A DNA stretch of 53,626 nucleotides, filler included, from Sphacelaria rigidula (Eukaryota), in the NCBI GenBank assembly GCA_964200075.2. It is 4 parts of 4 records of this genome, joined end to end, with 100 filler letters (N's around TTAATTAATTAA, not from the genome) between each part and the next. Parts side by side here need not be neighbours in the genome. Positions count along the whole stretch, not along the records: positions 1 to 13,335 come from CAXNAA020002956.1; 3 more parts are not named here. One strand, 5' to 3'. The translations under genes were made by a program, and so were the position numbers. The notes beneath the pieces are model-generated. The model was not told the origin of the DNA. It saw nothing but the letters and a program-made list of their open reading frames with translations, and did not search any database. Numbering within the stretch: position 1 is the first letter of the stretch; each line of letters starts with the position of its first letter. This document shows, piece after piece, positions 1 to 12,519 of this stretch.

Positions 1-14
1 GGCCCGGCTTTGTA

Positions 15-34
15 GGGATGCGAGGTCAATGGTC

Positions 35-35
<1 letters not shown>
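15..35 (+). repeat. Fragment of dispersed repeat (GGATGCG.GGTCAATGGTCA)
   Basis: Matches the repeat core at 26625-26645 and 53581-53601. Confidence 0.6.

Positions 36-37
<2 letters not shown>

Positions 38-65
<28 letters not shown>
38..65. repeat. (TA)n microsatellite
   Basis: Perfect TA run seen directly. Confidence 0.98.
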
Positions 66-66
<1 letters not shown>

Positions 67-462
67 CATGGATGATCATGAGCACACCCCCACATGGGGG
101 GATATAACTCTTCCGCTGGATAAATGCATGGATTGCCTGTACCGCGGTGTGCACCTGCCATACATGCATACATACGTACTCCTGCCTTTGACGGCTGTGA
201 TGAACTACGATATCTAGCTGTCCATGTATACATGTCTACATATATAGAACCAAGGGTACCCGATATAGTCGGGTCTGCGAAACGCCGGGACGACTTCAGC
301 CGGCGTTCAATCATGTTCACGATCCGTTGTGTGTACAGGATGTGCTGTCGTACGAATGACCAAGCATTTGAAAAATGGAAATTGAAAACAAAAAAATGAA
401 AAGAAAAGAGGAGACATGCAAACATTACGGTCAATAAGGAGTGAACGATACCCTGTAGAGAA

Positions 463-773
463 AGTAACGTCACACAATCAGATAATGCGCCACCGCTCAA
501 ACATACGACAGGCCACCGTCAGCGTCACGTACACCTTGACGTCACGCGTTACACGACACGTTACAGCGGCTCAAACACTGATCAATGAGCCGCGGCTTGC
601 ACAGAATGAAACGTTACATTCGAACGTTACACGTGTCAATGAAACGTTTCATACTAAGTTGCATGTAACGTAGCGTGACGTTATTTTTTTCAACCTGCCA
701 AACGAAACGTACCGTAAAACGTTAAACTTTACAAACGTCATGTAAAAGTGAACGTGTAACGTGAAGACCCCTG
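463..773. mobile_element. Possible end of a hAT-like DNA transposon with subterminal GTAACGT/ACGTTAC motifs
   Basis: Dense cluster of (A)ACGTTAC/GTAACGT motifs in both orientations ending in GTGAAGACCCCTG (reverse complement CAGGGGTCTTCAC, a hAT-like terminus). No matching left TIR found. Confidence 0.35.
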
Positions 774-2480
774 GCAAAAACCACCAGTGTTAGGATCACC
801 TTACCTTCGCGTAGAGACGCTTTATCCGTCCGGGACACTGCTGGTCACGCTGTGCACGCTTCCGCCGTTAGCCCCGCGGCCGGCGTGCTGCCTGTACTGT
901 TTGACTAGTGCGGTACCCGTGTAGTTGAGGCTGCTAATGCTCATCTACCTCGCCAGACCTGCGCGTACACAAAAACGAGACAAAGTTCGACAATGACAAA
1001 ACATCCTGGATAAGCGGGCTACACGTAAAAGTAAACCTCTTTAGCTTGGCAACTACATCGACATCAGACTTGTGGACGCATGGCATCATTAACCAAGGAA
1101 CTTGTGCATGGCTGAGGGCTTGTTGCAGCTCTGATGCACTAAAAATACGCACGAAAATACCCTCCCGACTACACCGCCATACCATGTCAAAAATGCTTCG
1201 AGTCGCCAGAATAGCCTTCACTTGGCTTGAGATTCCACATTCGCAGTTGGACATGGCCACACCCTCACAGTCAGTGTGATACCGCCCTACTCCTCGCAAC
1301 ACATGTCAGCCCCCAGCTGTGCCAGCACAAGGGATTCAATTCTCCGTACTGTAGTTGCAACGAGCCAAACACATATCATGTGTAAGGCCACACCTATCGA
1401 CATTAGTACGGACAGTCCAGACGTACACCGGTCGACGGCACAGTACAGCTGCACAGGGCACACCTTCCAAGTTGGGAACACTGTACAGTACATTCGACAT
1501 GCCACGACTAAACAGGCCATGTGACTGCGAAGCTACTTCATGCACGGCTGCGAGATTTCGGAAAATGATGCAAACACATGAGAAATAGGACAAGTCAAGG
1601 ACGTGAACGTTACTGGTCAAAAGCAAGCGGGAAAATGCAGACAATACCTCATGGTACAAACCACCTACGCATCAACGGCACCGAGCAAACAGTCAATACC
1701 CGCCGCAACGAAACAACTTACAACATGAACATGAGTAATCAGTAATCATACGGTGAAACATGCAAATAACATCCCCATCGAGTAATTTGACGCCGCTGAT
1801 ATTCAACAAATTCACCGAAATAAAACGAGATATGTTCATATAACGACACACACATTTACTGTGTAGCATGCAACTCATTCAAAAGGACAAGGCCATGGTC
1901 ATACGTGATCGATGCCCTCTGATGACCCCCCTGCAGCGGAGTGAGACTCGTCCACCATATCATGCACAGCTTCATCTGTTAAGTCGTCCGCCTTGGCGGA
2001 AGTACGTGGCGCGAGACTGTGGCTGACAGCATGGTCTATCCCCCGCAGCTCTTACACCTACATGGGACGGCGGGAAATCAAGGAAGAGAAACGGAAAGAA
2101 ACTCGAGACACGGTTCATGACAGCTAAATCGTTGGGAACGCTACGCCTATGTGACTACACAAAACAGATATCCAGAACACGCCATGCAAAAAGCTAGCCA
2201 ACGAGAAGAGGCCGTGTTTAGAAATCTCACTGGCCACCAGCGTGCATACAGTGGGTACCCGAAAGTTGAAAAAACAAAATACTGAGGTTGCGTCTCAGAG
2301 AAAACACCACGCAAGCACAGTATATCTAGTCCAGCAAGAGCATGGTGCCGTAACATTCTGACACGTGACTTGAAACGGACTTACCGACACATTCACAACT
2401 GGACAAATTTCAAAATTTCGTTTCCCCACTGAGATACGACTAATGATGAAAACATTTCGACGGACGGAAACTCGGGGTGA

Positions 2481-2877
2481 GGCCGCTTCTTATGACAAAA
2501 AAAAAAAAACTGTGTAAGAGCTTTTGTAGTCCTTTTACGTCGGTTTACGCCCCAAAAAAGGGCTATGCGGATTTTGACACCTTGGAACTACTTCCTCTAC
2601 TCGTTGAGACGGTTTCAGGACACCTTCGTGTTTTCCGGTGGCCGCGGAGTTTTCGTACCTCACTCGCCTCTTTGTCTAAGGTCGGTCGAGAGCAGTCTAC
2701 AACAGTCAAATCCTTGGAAAAATAAAGAGGTGTAGTGAAAATCGTCCAAAAAAAGTAGAGCAATTCATTCCAAGTGTCATAATCCGCGTGGCCCTCTTGT
2801 CGAATGTAAAACGACGCAAAAGGACCAACAAGGCCGTTTCACAGTATTTTCCTGCTTGTTTGCCACAAGAAGCGGCC
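2481..2877. mobile_element. PIF/Harbinger-type MITE
   Basis: TIRs GGCCGCTTCTTATGACAAA / TTTGCCACAAGAAGCGGCC with a 3-bp TSD TGA (2478-2480, 2878-2880). Non-coding; internal motif shared with 4665-5070 and 39189-39677. Confidence 0.85.
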
Positions 2878-4664
2878 TGAGTCGGCCAGCAGATCGAACT
2901 AGAACAACGTCCAGTTGTGATGGTGCCAGCGAGTCCATACCGAATCACGTGTTGAAAATTTTCGGGGCCCAAGTGAAAAACAGTAAATAATTAAGCGCTG
3001 TGTGGTGGGTGGTATTGGTGCATTCCAACTTTGTTCGCCGGCCCAGCTTGTGCTCACGGTATTCTTCTGTCGGCCTCAGGCTCACATAACTTACGCTAGC
3101 ATGGGAAAACGCCTTCCCAGAGCTCTATGATGCTAGCGATGTGAAAATAGTGCGGTCTATTGCGAATCGCTATAATAGTGGTACGGCTACATATGTGGAG
3201 TGCTCAAGCTAGCTCTATATTTCATCACGAGGTATGACATAGTATTGTTTGTGCGAGGCATCATTGTGCACTTGAGCACAACACGCAGTGTGTCGCAAAT
3301 GTGTCTAGAAAACAGAGATGTTACATGCGGTCGCTGATCACACCAGATCACGGTATCTCGCAACGCGAATATCACCATTGCCCCGTTCGAATCAAACCAA
3401 CTGCACAGAAAGGCTTCGACAGAGGACGCACGACCAACGGCAGAAGGAAAAATCCAAACGCCAGTGACCGCAACAAATAGAGCGGTACTCGAGATTCACC
3501 GACTTATCATTATAGCAGCATACACGATACAACTATTGACTATTTGTGGCATCTCGTTGTATTCTTACAAAAAAACGCTTGAACGTTTCGCGCGGGCGGG
3601 AGGGCAGGGGTGTGTGTGTGTAATCATGCATCTTGCACGCCGCAGTCGCAAGACTGGTGACCTCGCATGCCTACAAAGCCAGGACGGAGCACGCCGGGTT
3701 TTGCCGAGCCAGGCTTGCTATCACCAAGGGCGAACCACCGTGATGTGGTCGGCGAGGCGCATAAAGGGTGAAGTGTGTTCCTGTGTTCAGATGTATCGGT
3801 TGCGGCTCGACTCCAGGACGTGTTGGTTCCAAGTGTGACGGTTTCATGCGGCGGGACTGTTGGTCCATGACTATTGAGTATAGGTCATGCGGTGCGTTCT
3901 TTTCTCTGTGAGGTCGCCCCGGCTCCTCACTCTGCTTGTCTACCCAAGCCTTCACAGCCACAAGCTCTACGGTTAATACAACAACTGTTCAATCATCACC
4001 GGGTGTCTGATTCATTCAACAAAGTGCGCACCCTAGTACGATCGTTCAGCCCGAAGGGTTCTAACTATCTTGCACATGGATGACAGCTCCGCATGAGTTG
4101 CCTCATTTTCTCGTTTCGCCACTTCCAGGGACGTTTCGCGCGGGAGAGCGGGGTTGTCTCTGACGCGAATGTCGCTACGATAGTCTGCACCGCCACTATC
4201 CTCTCTCGAACCAAATGAACAAACATGTGGCAAGAGCTATTGTATATTCCTAATTGCAGATTTCGAGCGTCAATTGCATCGTCCTATCGACCTATGAATG
4301 GCATGGCGTGAAACCCATTGCGATATATATATTATACTCGTACAAAATGTACGGTAGCATGATAGACGAGGCCCTTCTTACAATTATAAAACTCTAAACC
4401 TCCGAGCGCAGTAGGCGCTCTCGACCCTTCCCGCACCCGCGGCCTTCTCTTTTGAAACTCCAGCCTCTGACAAATTTCTCGGGTTTGGTGGATAATGACA
4501 ATATCAGTACAGACGGCCGCGTCGAGTACGTGCACGACGAACGCGTCCCCCACATCAGGCGCGCAGAAATGATCGGAGGGGAGAGAAAGGCAAGCCGATT
4601 CGTGAAACGCCCACAGCACCGTGTCACTGAACACTGCTCCGCCTTCGGGATAGACGCGACATCA

Positions 4665-5070
4665 GACCGAGTCTGATGAGAGCCATTTTCAAATCCTGTT
4701 AAAAACTGCCTTTTGGGCTAGGTGGATGTTGACACTTTGAGACGACTTGCTCCACTCGTTGAGAGCGTTCCAGGACATCTTTGCGTTTCACGCTGGCCGC
4801 GGATTAATTCTTGAGGTGATGAAAAAAAACTGCCGGTATTTTGATCACCACACCATTTGTTATTGAAAATGCGAGTCTGACCAAAATATAACTGTGACCA
4901 GCGGGAGACGCAAAGTTGCCCTGGAACGCTCTCAACGAGTGCATCAAGTCATTCCAAGGTGTCAACATCCATCGATCAATAGCCCTTTTTACGGGCGTGA
5001 AAAGACCGAGAAGGGCGCATAAGGCAGTTTTATCAACAGGATATTGAAACGGTTCCCATTAGAGTTGGCC
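4665..5070. mobile_element. PIF/Harbinger-type fold-back MITE (older copy)
   Basis: Long imperfect inverted arms (e.g. TCCTGTTAAAAACTGCCTT / AAGGCAGTTTTATCAACAGGA; CACTCGTTGAGAGCGTTCCAGG / CCTGGAACGCTCTCAACGAGTG). Ends GACC...GGCC flanked by TCA / TTA. Confidence 0.75.
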
Positions 5071-6170
5071 TTATGGACACAGATAACCCAACATTATTCT
5101 GAGTGGTACCGGGTTGTAGTCGAAGCGGCTAAGGGACTGTTCAAACCAAACAAGAAAAGTGATGATCATTCTGGAATTTTTCGCGAATTTTCTTCTCTTT
5201 TGCCCTTCCAGTTGGTTGCACGTCAGCTCTCTTCATCAATCGGAAGGACACAAAACAATAAAATCATCAAAACCGCTGGAACAGGAGGACTTTCACACTC
5301 ACGACGCGTCCCCACTTTTCTTGTCTCGTTAAGGCCGGCCCCAAGAATATCAACTATACGATAGATTGCACCACACCACCATGCACGTGGACGCGACACT
5401 AGCGCGTCATGTAGGCGAATATCTTGCTTTGTTACCACTAGAGTTGCCCCCCGTCTACTGGAGGTCACCGAAATGTAAGACGTAGACCAACTCGCTCCAA
5501 AAACGAAGAAAACATAGAAACGGTCTACTGATACATGGGCGCCCGAAGGATCCACCCTTTGACCAACAGGATGCGTGATCGGTTGAGTCGGCATGTATCT
5601 TCACTCGAAAAATGTACTTGTATGCGACACCCAGGTGACCCGCCCTGGCGGCCAAAGGGGTTCGACCAATCGACAGTCAGAGCGGATCATCTGGATTTGA
5701 ATTTCTTACTTTACAACCAATGATGACGCCGATTGAATCGATGACCCATCCCGGCGGTCAAACGCCTTATACTGCCAGACAGGTTTCCGGAATGGTGTGC
5801 TGTACACAACAGTCGCAGATATCCCTGGACATATTGGTCGCCACCCGACAACTACGAGCTGGGCTAGTCAAGGCTCTGTCGCCACAGTCAACAGGCCTCG
5901 CGCGGCTCGATTTCCCGACTTTCGGGCTGAAATTTTGACACCAAAGAAATAACACTAAGGTCTATTGTGCCAAATCTGTTCAAGTCTGTCTTCTGTTGTT
6001 TTACCCTAACGTCGAGAGTTTTTATATATTTTCTCAAATCCCTCACAGTAAGAGAAAAAAAAAACAGACATCAATTTAAGTGCGGTTTCTCCGATGCCAG
6101 AGGTTTCACTCCGACATCCGAGAAATCGAGTTACCCATCGACATTTTAGTTCGTCTGCGTGAAAAAAAGT

Positions 6171-6243
6171 GCCCCGGTGATCCAACAGCAAGACTGTCAC
6201 TGTCGGGGTGCAGCGAATATGGGTTCGATTCCCGCCCGATGCA
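6171..6243 (+). pseudogene. Degenerate tRNA-like sequence (Gly-like 3' end), probable SINE head
   Basis: 73 nt with B-box GGTTCGATTCCC and 3' end CCCGCCCGATGCA resembling tRNA-Gly, followed by TTTTT. Acceptor stem and D arm are degenerate. Confidence 0.6.
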
Positions 6244-6345
6244 CTTTTTCTCTTCGTGGTATATAATTTTTACCGATCGAAGCGGGAGGACGTCAGGAGA
6301 GATGGACTAGTCCCTCAAAACCACGAACCCGTCGTCTCGAGGTAA

Positions 6346-6540
6346 AAGAGGGGTGCAGAATGTGAAAAGAAAAAGAAAAAGTCGTGTGCCGTCGATAGAG
6401 TGTGACCAAAATCGAAAGGTCGGGTGCCGATGGTATACTACGTGAGGTACAAAAGAGGTGTGTAGAATGTGAAAAGGAAAAGAAAAAGTCAAGTGCCGAT
6501 GGAGTGTGACAAAAACGAAATGTCGTGTGCCGATAATATG
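6346..6540 (+). repeat. ~107-bp tandem duplication inside the left arm
   Basis: AGAATGTGAAAAG.AAAAGAAAAAGTC..GTGCCG...AGTGTGAC.AAAA.CGAAA occurs twice. Confidence 0.8.
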
Positions 6541-7345
6541 CTAGGTTGAGTACAGCACGGGCCAAAATATTGGACAAGGAGAAGTGCCGGCGATTCTGCT
6601 CCGGTGTGGCGATAAAAAATATCTCAAGGTTAGCGCAGCATAAGGTTCCCTACCTACTCCGTCGGTGGTATTCACATGCACGCGTCCCACACGCCCACCA
6701 GGTGCGTTGTACCTTTCTGTGACTACATGTATTGTAGCACTTCCGGGGCTGCCGTGCCTCCCTTCGGAAGAGTTTTAGTGCGGGACCCTCCTGGTGCCGA
6801 GCTCGGCGCAACATACTTACGTAAGATGAACCCGATGCAAACAAACATGGCACAGTACACCGCAGAGCGTAGTGCAGGCGATTGTTCCACATATTACGAT
6901 AGCTTTGATGAGTCGACAAAATATTATTCAGAAAGGAGGCGTCGCAGTCAGGGGAGTACCACGTGTAGTACAGAAAGTAGAACGCACGTAGTGGGAGTGC
7001 GGGAATCGTGCATGCGTATACCGCCGACCTAGGGGGTAGCCCCACGCTACTCGAACATCAAGATATTTTACTGTCCAATCAAAGCTACTGTATCATACAT
7101 GGCAGGATCGCCGGCACATTCCTCTTGGCGAATATTTGGGCGCGTGCGGTACTCGACCAACTATATTATCGGCGCACGACCTTTTTTTTTTCGCCACTCT
7201 GTCAACACACGCCTTTTGTTTTCCAAATCCTAAACCCCGCCCCCTCCTCGGGACGAGTCGTGACCTCAAGGGATCAACCCATTTCTCCTCGCGTTCTCAT
7301 TTTTTCGACGGTGGAAATCATGTATTTCGAAGGGAGAAAATGAAA

Positions 7346-7418
7346 CGCAGTTGGCGAGAATCGAACCCACGTTCTCGGCACCCTCATGGTGTCAGTGTGA
7401 CCGTTACACCACGGTTTC
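7346..7418 (-). pseudogene. Degenerate tRNA-like sequence, probable SINE head
   Basis: Minus strand has A-box-like TGGTGTAACGG and B-box GGTTCGATTC at tRNA spacing, followed by a T-rich tract. Confidence 0.6.
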
Positions 7419-8887
7419 GCCCTATACTTAACCCAGCATATTTTCGGCACACGACCTCTCAAGTATGAACACCATCAAGTGTATTATTAAGAGCTGTCGG
7501 AGCACACGCGTGGCGATCTCACGATCACAGGGACATGCTGACTCTGAGGTATGTCACCGCGCTTCTTGAGATGTGTTCTTTGGAAGGGATTTCACTTTTG
7601 AGGCCGGCCCAGCTCGTATCATGTCCCAACTCGTCTCGAACATGGGTCGATTATCAAGATCTAGGCCAAAAGTCTGGGCGTGCGTCCCACCAAGGATCGC
7701 TTTACAACTGCTCATCAGGCCAGTAGTAAAGAATATGTACGCCGTGCGACATGACGGGAGACCACCAGGGTGTTTATTTTGTGGTGTGTGGATGGCCGGC
7801 TTCAGGACTGCACTTGTTTTTATTGCACCCTTTCAAGGCGTCTCGGTCCTCTATATATTCTATTTTCTGAGCTGAACCGAGGCTTGTGGCCGTTTCTTCG
7901 TTTACAGGAGGCGGGAACTAATTCCACTACACATATCGCCGCCGTAATACATGTTCTGGGACGTGCGAACTCTTACAGCCGACTGCACCGGGCATCCATT
8001 GCGTATCACTTCAGCCCGAAATGATACAAATGCTACTCGTGAGCTACGAGTATTTATGGGGACTTTGCTTCACTGGTACTACTGTATTGTAAGAGAATTA
8101 CCGACTGTTGTATATACGAGGACGAGTTGCTCATTGCCGTACAGTAGTGGTAAATCTGCCGATCTGCGTGCATACCGCATGAACTTGCGGATTTAGAATA
8201 GGGCAAACGCCCACGGGTATACCCACGTTGAAGTGGGTAGTCAAGTGGCGCGGACAGTTTAGTACAAAGTCCATTGCATCCATCATGCAGCCAATTGGTC
8301 GAAACGGGTACGGTACCATAGCACTCCATTACCATACCTCCGTTGTCTGATGATGTTGCCCATCTCCATCTTTCAACGCATGTCAGCTGCACCACCCCAA
8401 AGCCTCTCACAGCGAAATATGCTCGGCAAGTAATCCCAAGCAGCACCATTTTACCCGCTACATTACAGTATAACAGGGTACATCAGACTTTCCACAAGAG
8501 CAGCCTTCTTGCAACCGTGCCGACAAGCCTCCTTTCCGCCTCGGCTGCTGTCGGTTCAGCGTCCAGCATCACCACGCGGCGACAGGAGTATGACAACAGA
8601 GACCATTTCGCCCCTTTAGAGTACGGCAAAAGGGCAGTGGTATCGCACTGAAACATGACTGGTTTCGGATTTCATACAATCGTCGCCCTCCGCCCGGCCG
8701 ACCAGCACACGACCCTTTGCTGCGTTGATCATCAACGGTTGCACGATGCGGACCCTTGCAAGTAACGGGCAAACGACACAAAAGATCGCGTCGAGGGATT
8801 TCATGGTCGCGACGATGCCTCGATCAACCCCCTCCATCACAACATTCATCCCACCACATTCTACACCCCTTCGACAGGCAAAATAAA

Positions 8888-9109
8888 ATGTTTTCTGTGA
8901 GATGCATTCTGCTTCTTGTCTTCGCAGTTTGGTCAGCACAAACCTCGCTCAGCGACTCTCCTGCTGATGATGGGGAGGACACCGCCGCTACTGCCGCCAT
9001 CGCGGTTTCCACACAGACAAGCTGCGGCGAGGTGTTCGAGTCATTCTATTCAAACAGCAAGCCACTCACGTTTCATGTGCCAGATCAACTCACCTGCGAC
9101 ACGTCTAAG
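8888..9109 (+). CDS. Exon 1 of putative secreted protein (signal peptide)
   Basis: AAAATG start; MFSVRCILLLVFAVWSAQTSLS is a hydrophobic signal-peptide-like leader; ends at phase-0 donor AAG|GTGAGA. Confidence 0.7.
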
Positions 9110-9753
9110 GTGAGAAAACACGAGGGAAGGCGAGATAATAAGGCCTTCTCCTCGGGATAGTCCTCCCCTGGTACTGTGTGTACGAGCGATGTAGGATCCA
9201 AGCATACTGCACGTTGTGATGTTTTCCTTTGCGGGATCTGCATGTTCCGGAAGAAAGCAACGAGTGCGGGTTTGCACAACCCCTCACCATAGGAAGCAGC
9301 GCGGTTGATTCGAGTTGCCTGAACCGATTTTTTGACAAGAGAAACGCTGACTCAAATTTCAGTACAGGATCCACGATGAGGGCATGAAAAAATGTAGCAA
9401 AGGGTCTCCGGTATCTTTGCAACAGTCGATACACACTGGAGGAAGGGCACTGACGGCAAAGCAGCACGTGACGCTTGTGTGCGTGTCTCTGCCGTTCTCG
9501 ATAGCTAGCCGAAGATGATGGCAGTTGCGCTACACACTCACGGCATGCCTTCTGTTATTTTCTCCCGCTTATATGCTGCGGGCGGACACTGTTGTGACAC
9601 AACAAATACGGTGCGGGAAAAGCCTTGCGTCGGCAGCATTTTTGTCATGATGGTTATGATGGTCTCACGTCCTTCTCTTTTGCCTGTCGTGTCTTGTCGC
9701 TTCGTTTGTTCACGATTGCCGCCTGTCGCGGGGGCTGTTCTGTGCACATCGAG

Positions 9754-9891
9754 AAGATCGTGCGCTTCTCTGGGACCGCGCCAGTGATGTTGATCGTTGA
9801 CGATGGTGTGTTCGACCAGCTGCACTTCATCGTGGACCCAGGAGCAAAGCTCGAAATCATGGGTCGTTCTCTACTTCTTCAACGCACGAAG
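9754..9891 (+). CDS. Exon 2 of putative secreted protein (5' boundary uncertain)
   Basis: Protein-like frame KIVRFSGTAPVMLIVDDGVFDQLHFIVDPGAKLEIMGRSLLLQRTK after a pyrimidine-rich tract; phase-0 donor AAG|GTCAGT; acceptor weak (GAG or AAG). Confidence 0.55.
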
Positions 9892-10522
9892 GTCAGTCAG
9901 TCAGTCGTGGTAGGTGACGGAAAACATGAAGTTACGAAGGTTTGTCGCATGATGGACATGGCATGTGTATCTGGCACACGCCCTTGTTGCCAAGCCGGGT
10001 GAAATGTGGTGACGTGAAATCCCCTCTTCTGTCTTTCGGGTTGATGCCGGTCACGTGAGGCTCGCACCCGATCCCGAGATGCGCAGATGTTGAGTTTTGT
10101 CCTTCGTTCATCAATTGAAGGGTTGTCACATGAGATTTTTTTCCTTCCACACTCCGGCTCAAAGATCGATCATGTACAAGTACATCTGTAATAGCTTTCC
10201 TCCAGCACGAGGAGCCATGGAAATAACATACACATGCACGCAACTGCGGAATCTTTGCTGGGCCATGTACATCCTGCGGGGCTACTGCGCTGTGCTTTAT
10301 TCAACAAGGATACCCTCGTTGCTGCACGTGTTCTCGGCGTAGGAGTAGGTGCCCACACGGTACTGTAGTGTGTGCGCCGTTGCTCCATCTGTGCATGACG
10401 CTGTTCGGGTACTGTACTTGATGTCAGTCTGGGTAAATGCAAACACGGTCGCTTGGTACAGTCGGTAGATTTCACCTCGATCCTGCCTTGTATGCACCGG
10501 GGTTTTTTTTTTCTTCGGTCAG

Positions 10523-10612
10523 GGCTCCAACATGCCGTTGTTCGATGTACACGGTACTGTCTCGCTGGCGGCTACCGCTGGTATGGACATGCAGGAGGAA
10601 GACGGAAGCTCG
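10523..10612 (+). CDS. Exon 3 of putative secreted protein
   Basis: Poly-T tract plus TCAG| acceptor, 90 nt (GSNMPLFDVHGTVSLAATAGMDMQEEDGSS), donor |GTAAGC; phase 0 at both ends. Confidence 0.7.
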
Positions 10613-10933
10613 GTAAGCAGCCTAGATGTAACGAAACGCGCTGGCTGTCAAGACGTGCTGTACCAAATTATGCGATCATGTTTGTTTTTTTACGCAGTCT
10701 CGGTTGTGCCTTGACTATCCCTCGAGAGGTAGTCCCGCGGTGCCCTCTTGCCGGCAATTCATGTAGCGATGGCGCCGCCGACCCCTTCCTGCACAGTTGC
10801 ACTTCCATACATGGCATATGAACAGGGGTTACTACAACTAGCGTGTCACATGGAGTCGTGAAATGAAATACTGTGAGAAAGTTCGGAAGTGATGTCCCAT
10901 GGCATGCCGCTTTTGTTTCGTTTTCCCCCCTAG

Positions 10934-11819
10934 ATCCATGACGTGGCAATAGTAAGATACGCTAGAGATGGCTTCGCTTTGCCCCGTCCTCATGCAACAC
11001 ACCCCTTGTATCGGTGTCCCATGAAGAAATACCAGATGGATGAAGGCGACGTCATTAGGAAGGGGCCGCATGGCGTCGTCCTGTTTCATGGCGATACCGC
11101 AACCTCCCTCACCCGGGACTCCCTCCTGCTGTACCGGGCAACACCGCCGCCCATCTCGAACGACCGTGTCACCGCGGATGCCTCCACGTTGCCGTCGCAA
11201 ACGGGAGACAAGCGTGGCGTAGGCGTATTCCCCGACTCCTGGTCCCGCGAGGATGTTCAGCTACCGCCTTTCCTGCGAGGTGTACCCGTGAAGGCGCGGC
11301 TAGAATCGCTGAAAGTGGGCGAATCGCTCAAGTTCTCACAGCATCTCGTGTCTCCCAGCGGAGCTGCCGCGATATCTCTGACAGCGGACGGATCTGTTTC
11401 TACACGGCGAACTGCCGCGTCACCGATGCCCGATACCGTTGATAATTTCGAGCTGCTGAAATCTGAATACCGCCAGGCGTACAGCTTTATCAAGTCCAGA
11501 GAAGATAGGCGATTGGACCGGCAAATCATCGAGATGATTCTGAAGATCCAAGATGAAAGGCGAAAAGCTTCGGCGCAAAATAAGGACGGCGAAGACGATG
11601 GGGTGGGCCAAGAGGACGATGTTGAGATGGACATGGACACTGACGACGATGACGACGAGAAGGAGGACTACGACGACGACCATCGGTGGCAGACGTGGAG
11701 AGAGAGCACCGTATTCGCTGGGGGTGGCACAGAGACGGAGGTGGCGCGAGAGTGTGGAAGACCCGGATGCGGCCGTTGGAGAAGAGGTCGCGATGTCCAT
11801 TACCGACAAGGCTGTAGTA
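10934..11819 (+). CDS. Exon 4 of putative secreted protein (acidic tract; apparent +1 frameshift near 11720-11724)
   Basis: Acceptor TTTTCCCCCCTAG| in phase 0 with the 306-aa ORF; Asp/Glu-rich stretch; donor GTAAGT at 11820 is phase 0 only in the shifted frame. Confidence 0.65.
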
Positions 11820-12519
11820 GTAAGTGCCGTATCTGGTGTAGCGCCGTTCGTATGTGTGTCTGAAATGTCAAGTACGGTAGGACTGGATTTTGAAGACAAA
11901 TAGATACAGGGTAATGTAGTGTGGTCGTTGGGTGACCCGTTCGCGACCAGAGTTCAGGGTTGGAGCAGAACTTCAGCTTCGTCTATCATTCTGTATATGT
12001 TGGACACTGCGCGTCTAGCGAGCAATGTGCCCCTACTTTTAGGTACAGCGCAAAAGCAACAACTGGCGCTAGTTAGCTTCGAGATAGAAACACAAGGGAT
12101 GGATTATTTATGTATCCTGTGGAATATTGCACGGTTCGGACCAATCATCGCCGGCTCGAATCACCAAATCCGCGGAATTTTAGGTCTGGTTGCTTGAATG
12201 AGAGAAAAAAGTCGATCGTAGGTCAAGAAGGTCTTCACACAATTTTTGCGTCATTACACGGGCCTGAGTTGTGCGTACCTGGGTTGTAACGCTGAGAACA
12301 AAGCCTAAAGATTGATTCGTGCGGTACGGTGCAAATCAATCACACTAAAATAGAGTATTTTCCAGACGAATCGTCTAATCATTCGACCCTTGAAACATTG
12401 GGCACCATGGTCACCACCTTGTGCAGAACAAAGAATTGTCCACCACCCTGCCAGTCGATACATCGGTCACTGAACATCATGATTGGTTGCGTTCATGTAC
12501 TGTACCACTTGGTCCACAG

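Larger units (their letters stand above)
6169..7420. mobile_element. tRNA-headed fold-back (two tail-to-tail SINE-like copies, or one long-TIR element)
   Basis: Segment ~6170-6785 aligns by eye with the reverse complement of ~6912-7420 (e.g. GTGCCGATAATATG...AGTGCCGGCGATTCTGC vs GCAGGATCGCCGGCAC...ATATTATCGGCGCAC). Spacer ~125 bp; both outer ends tRNA-like. Confidence 0.75.

Noticed and set aside
934-1880. Minus-strand relic ORFs, possibly endogenous viral
   Set aside because: Fragmented, with no motif I can recognise; needs a database search.
4332-4660. Protein-like ORFs beside the MITE
   Set aside because: No splice support or recognisable domain.
6171-6243. Functional tRNA gene
   Set aside because: Acceptor, D and anticodon stems are mismatched and it is part of a repeat.
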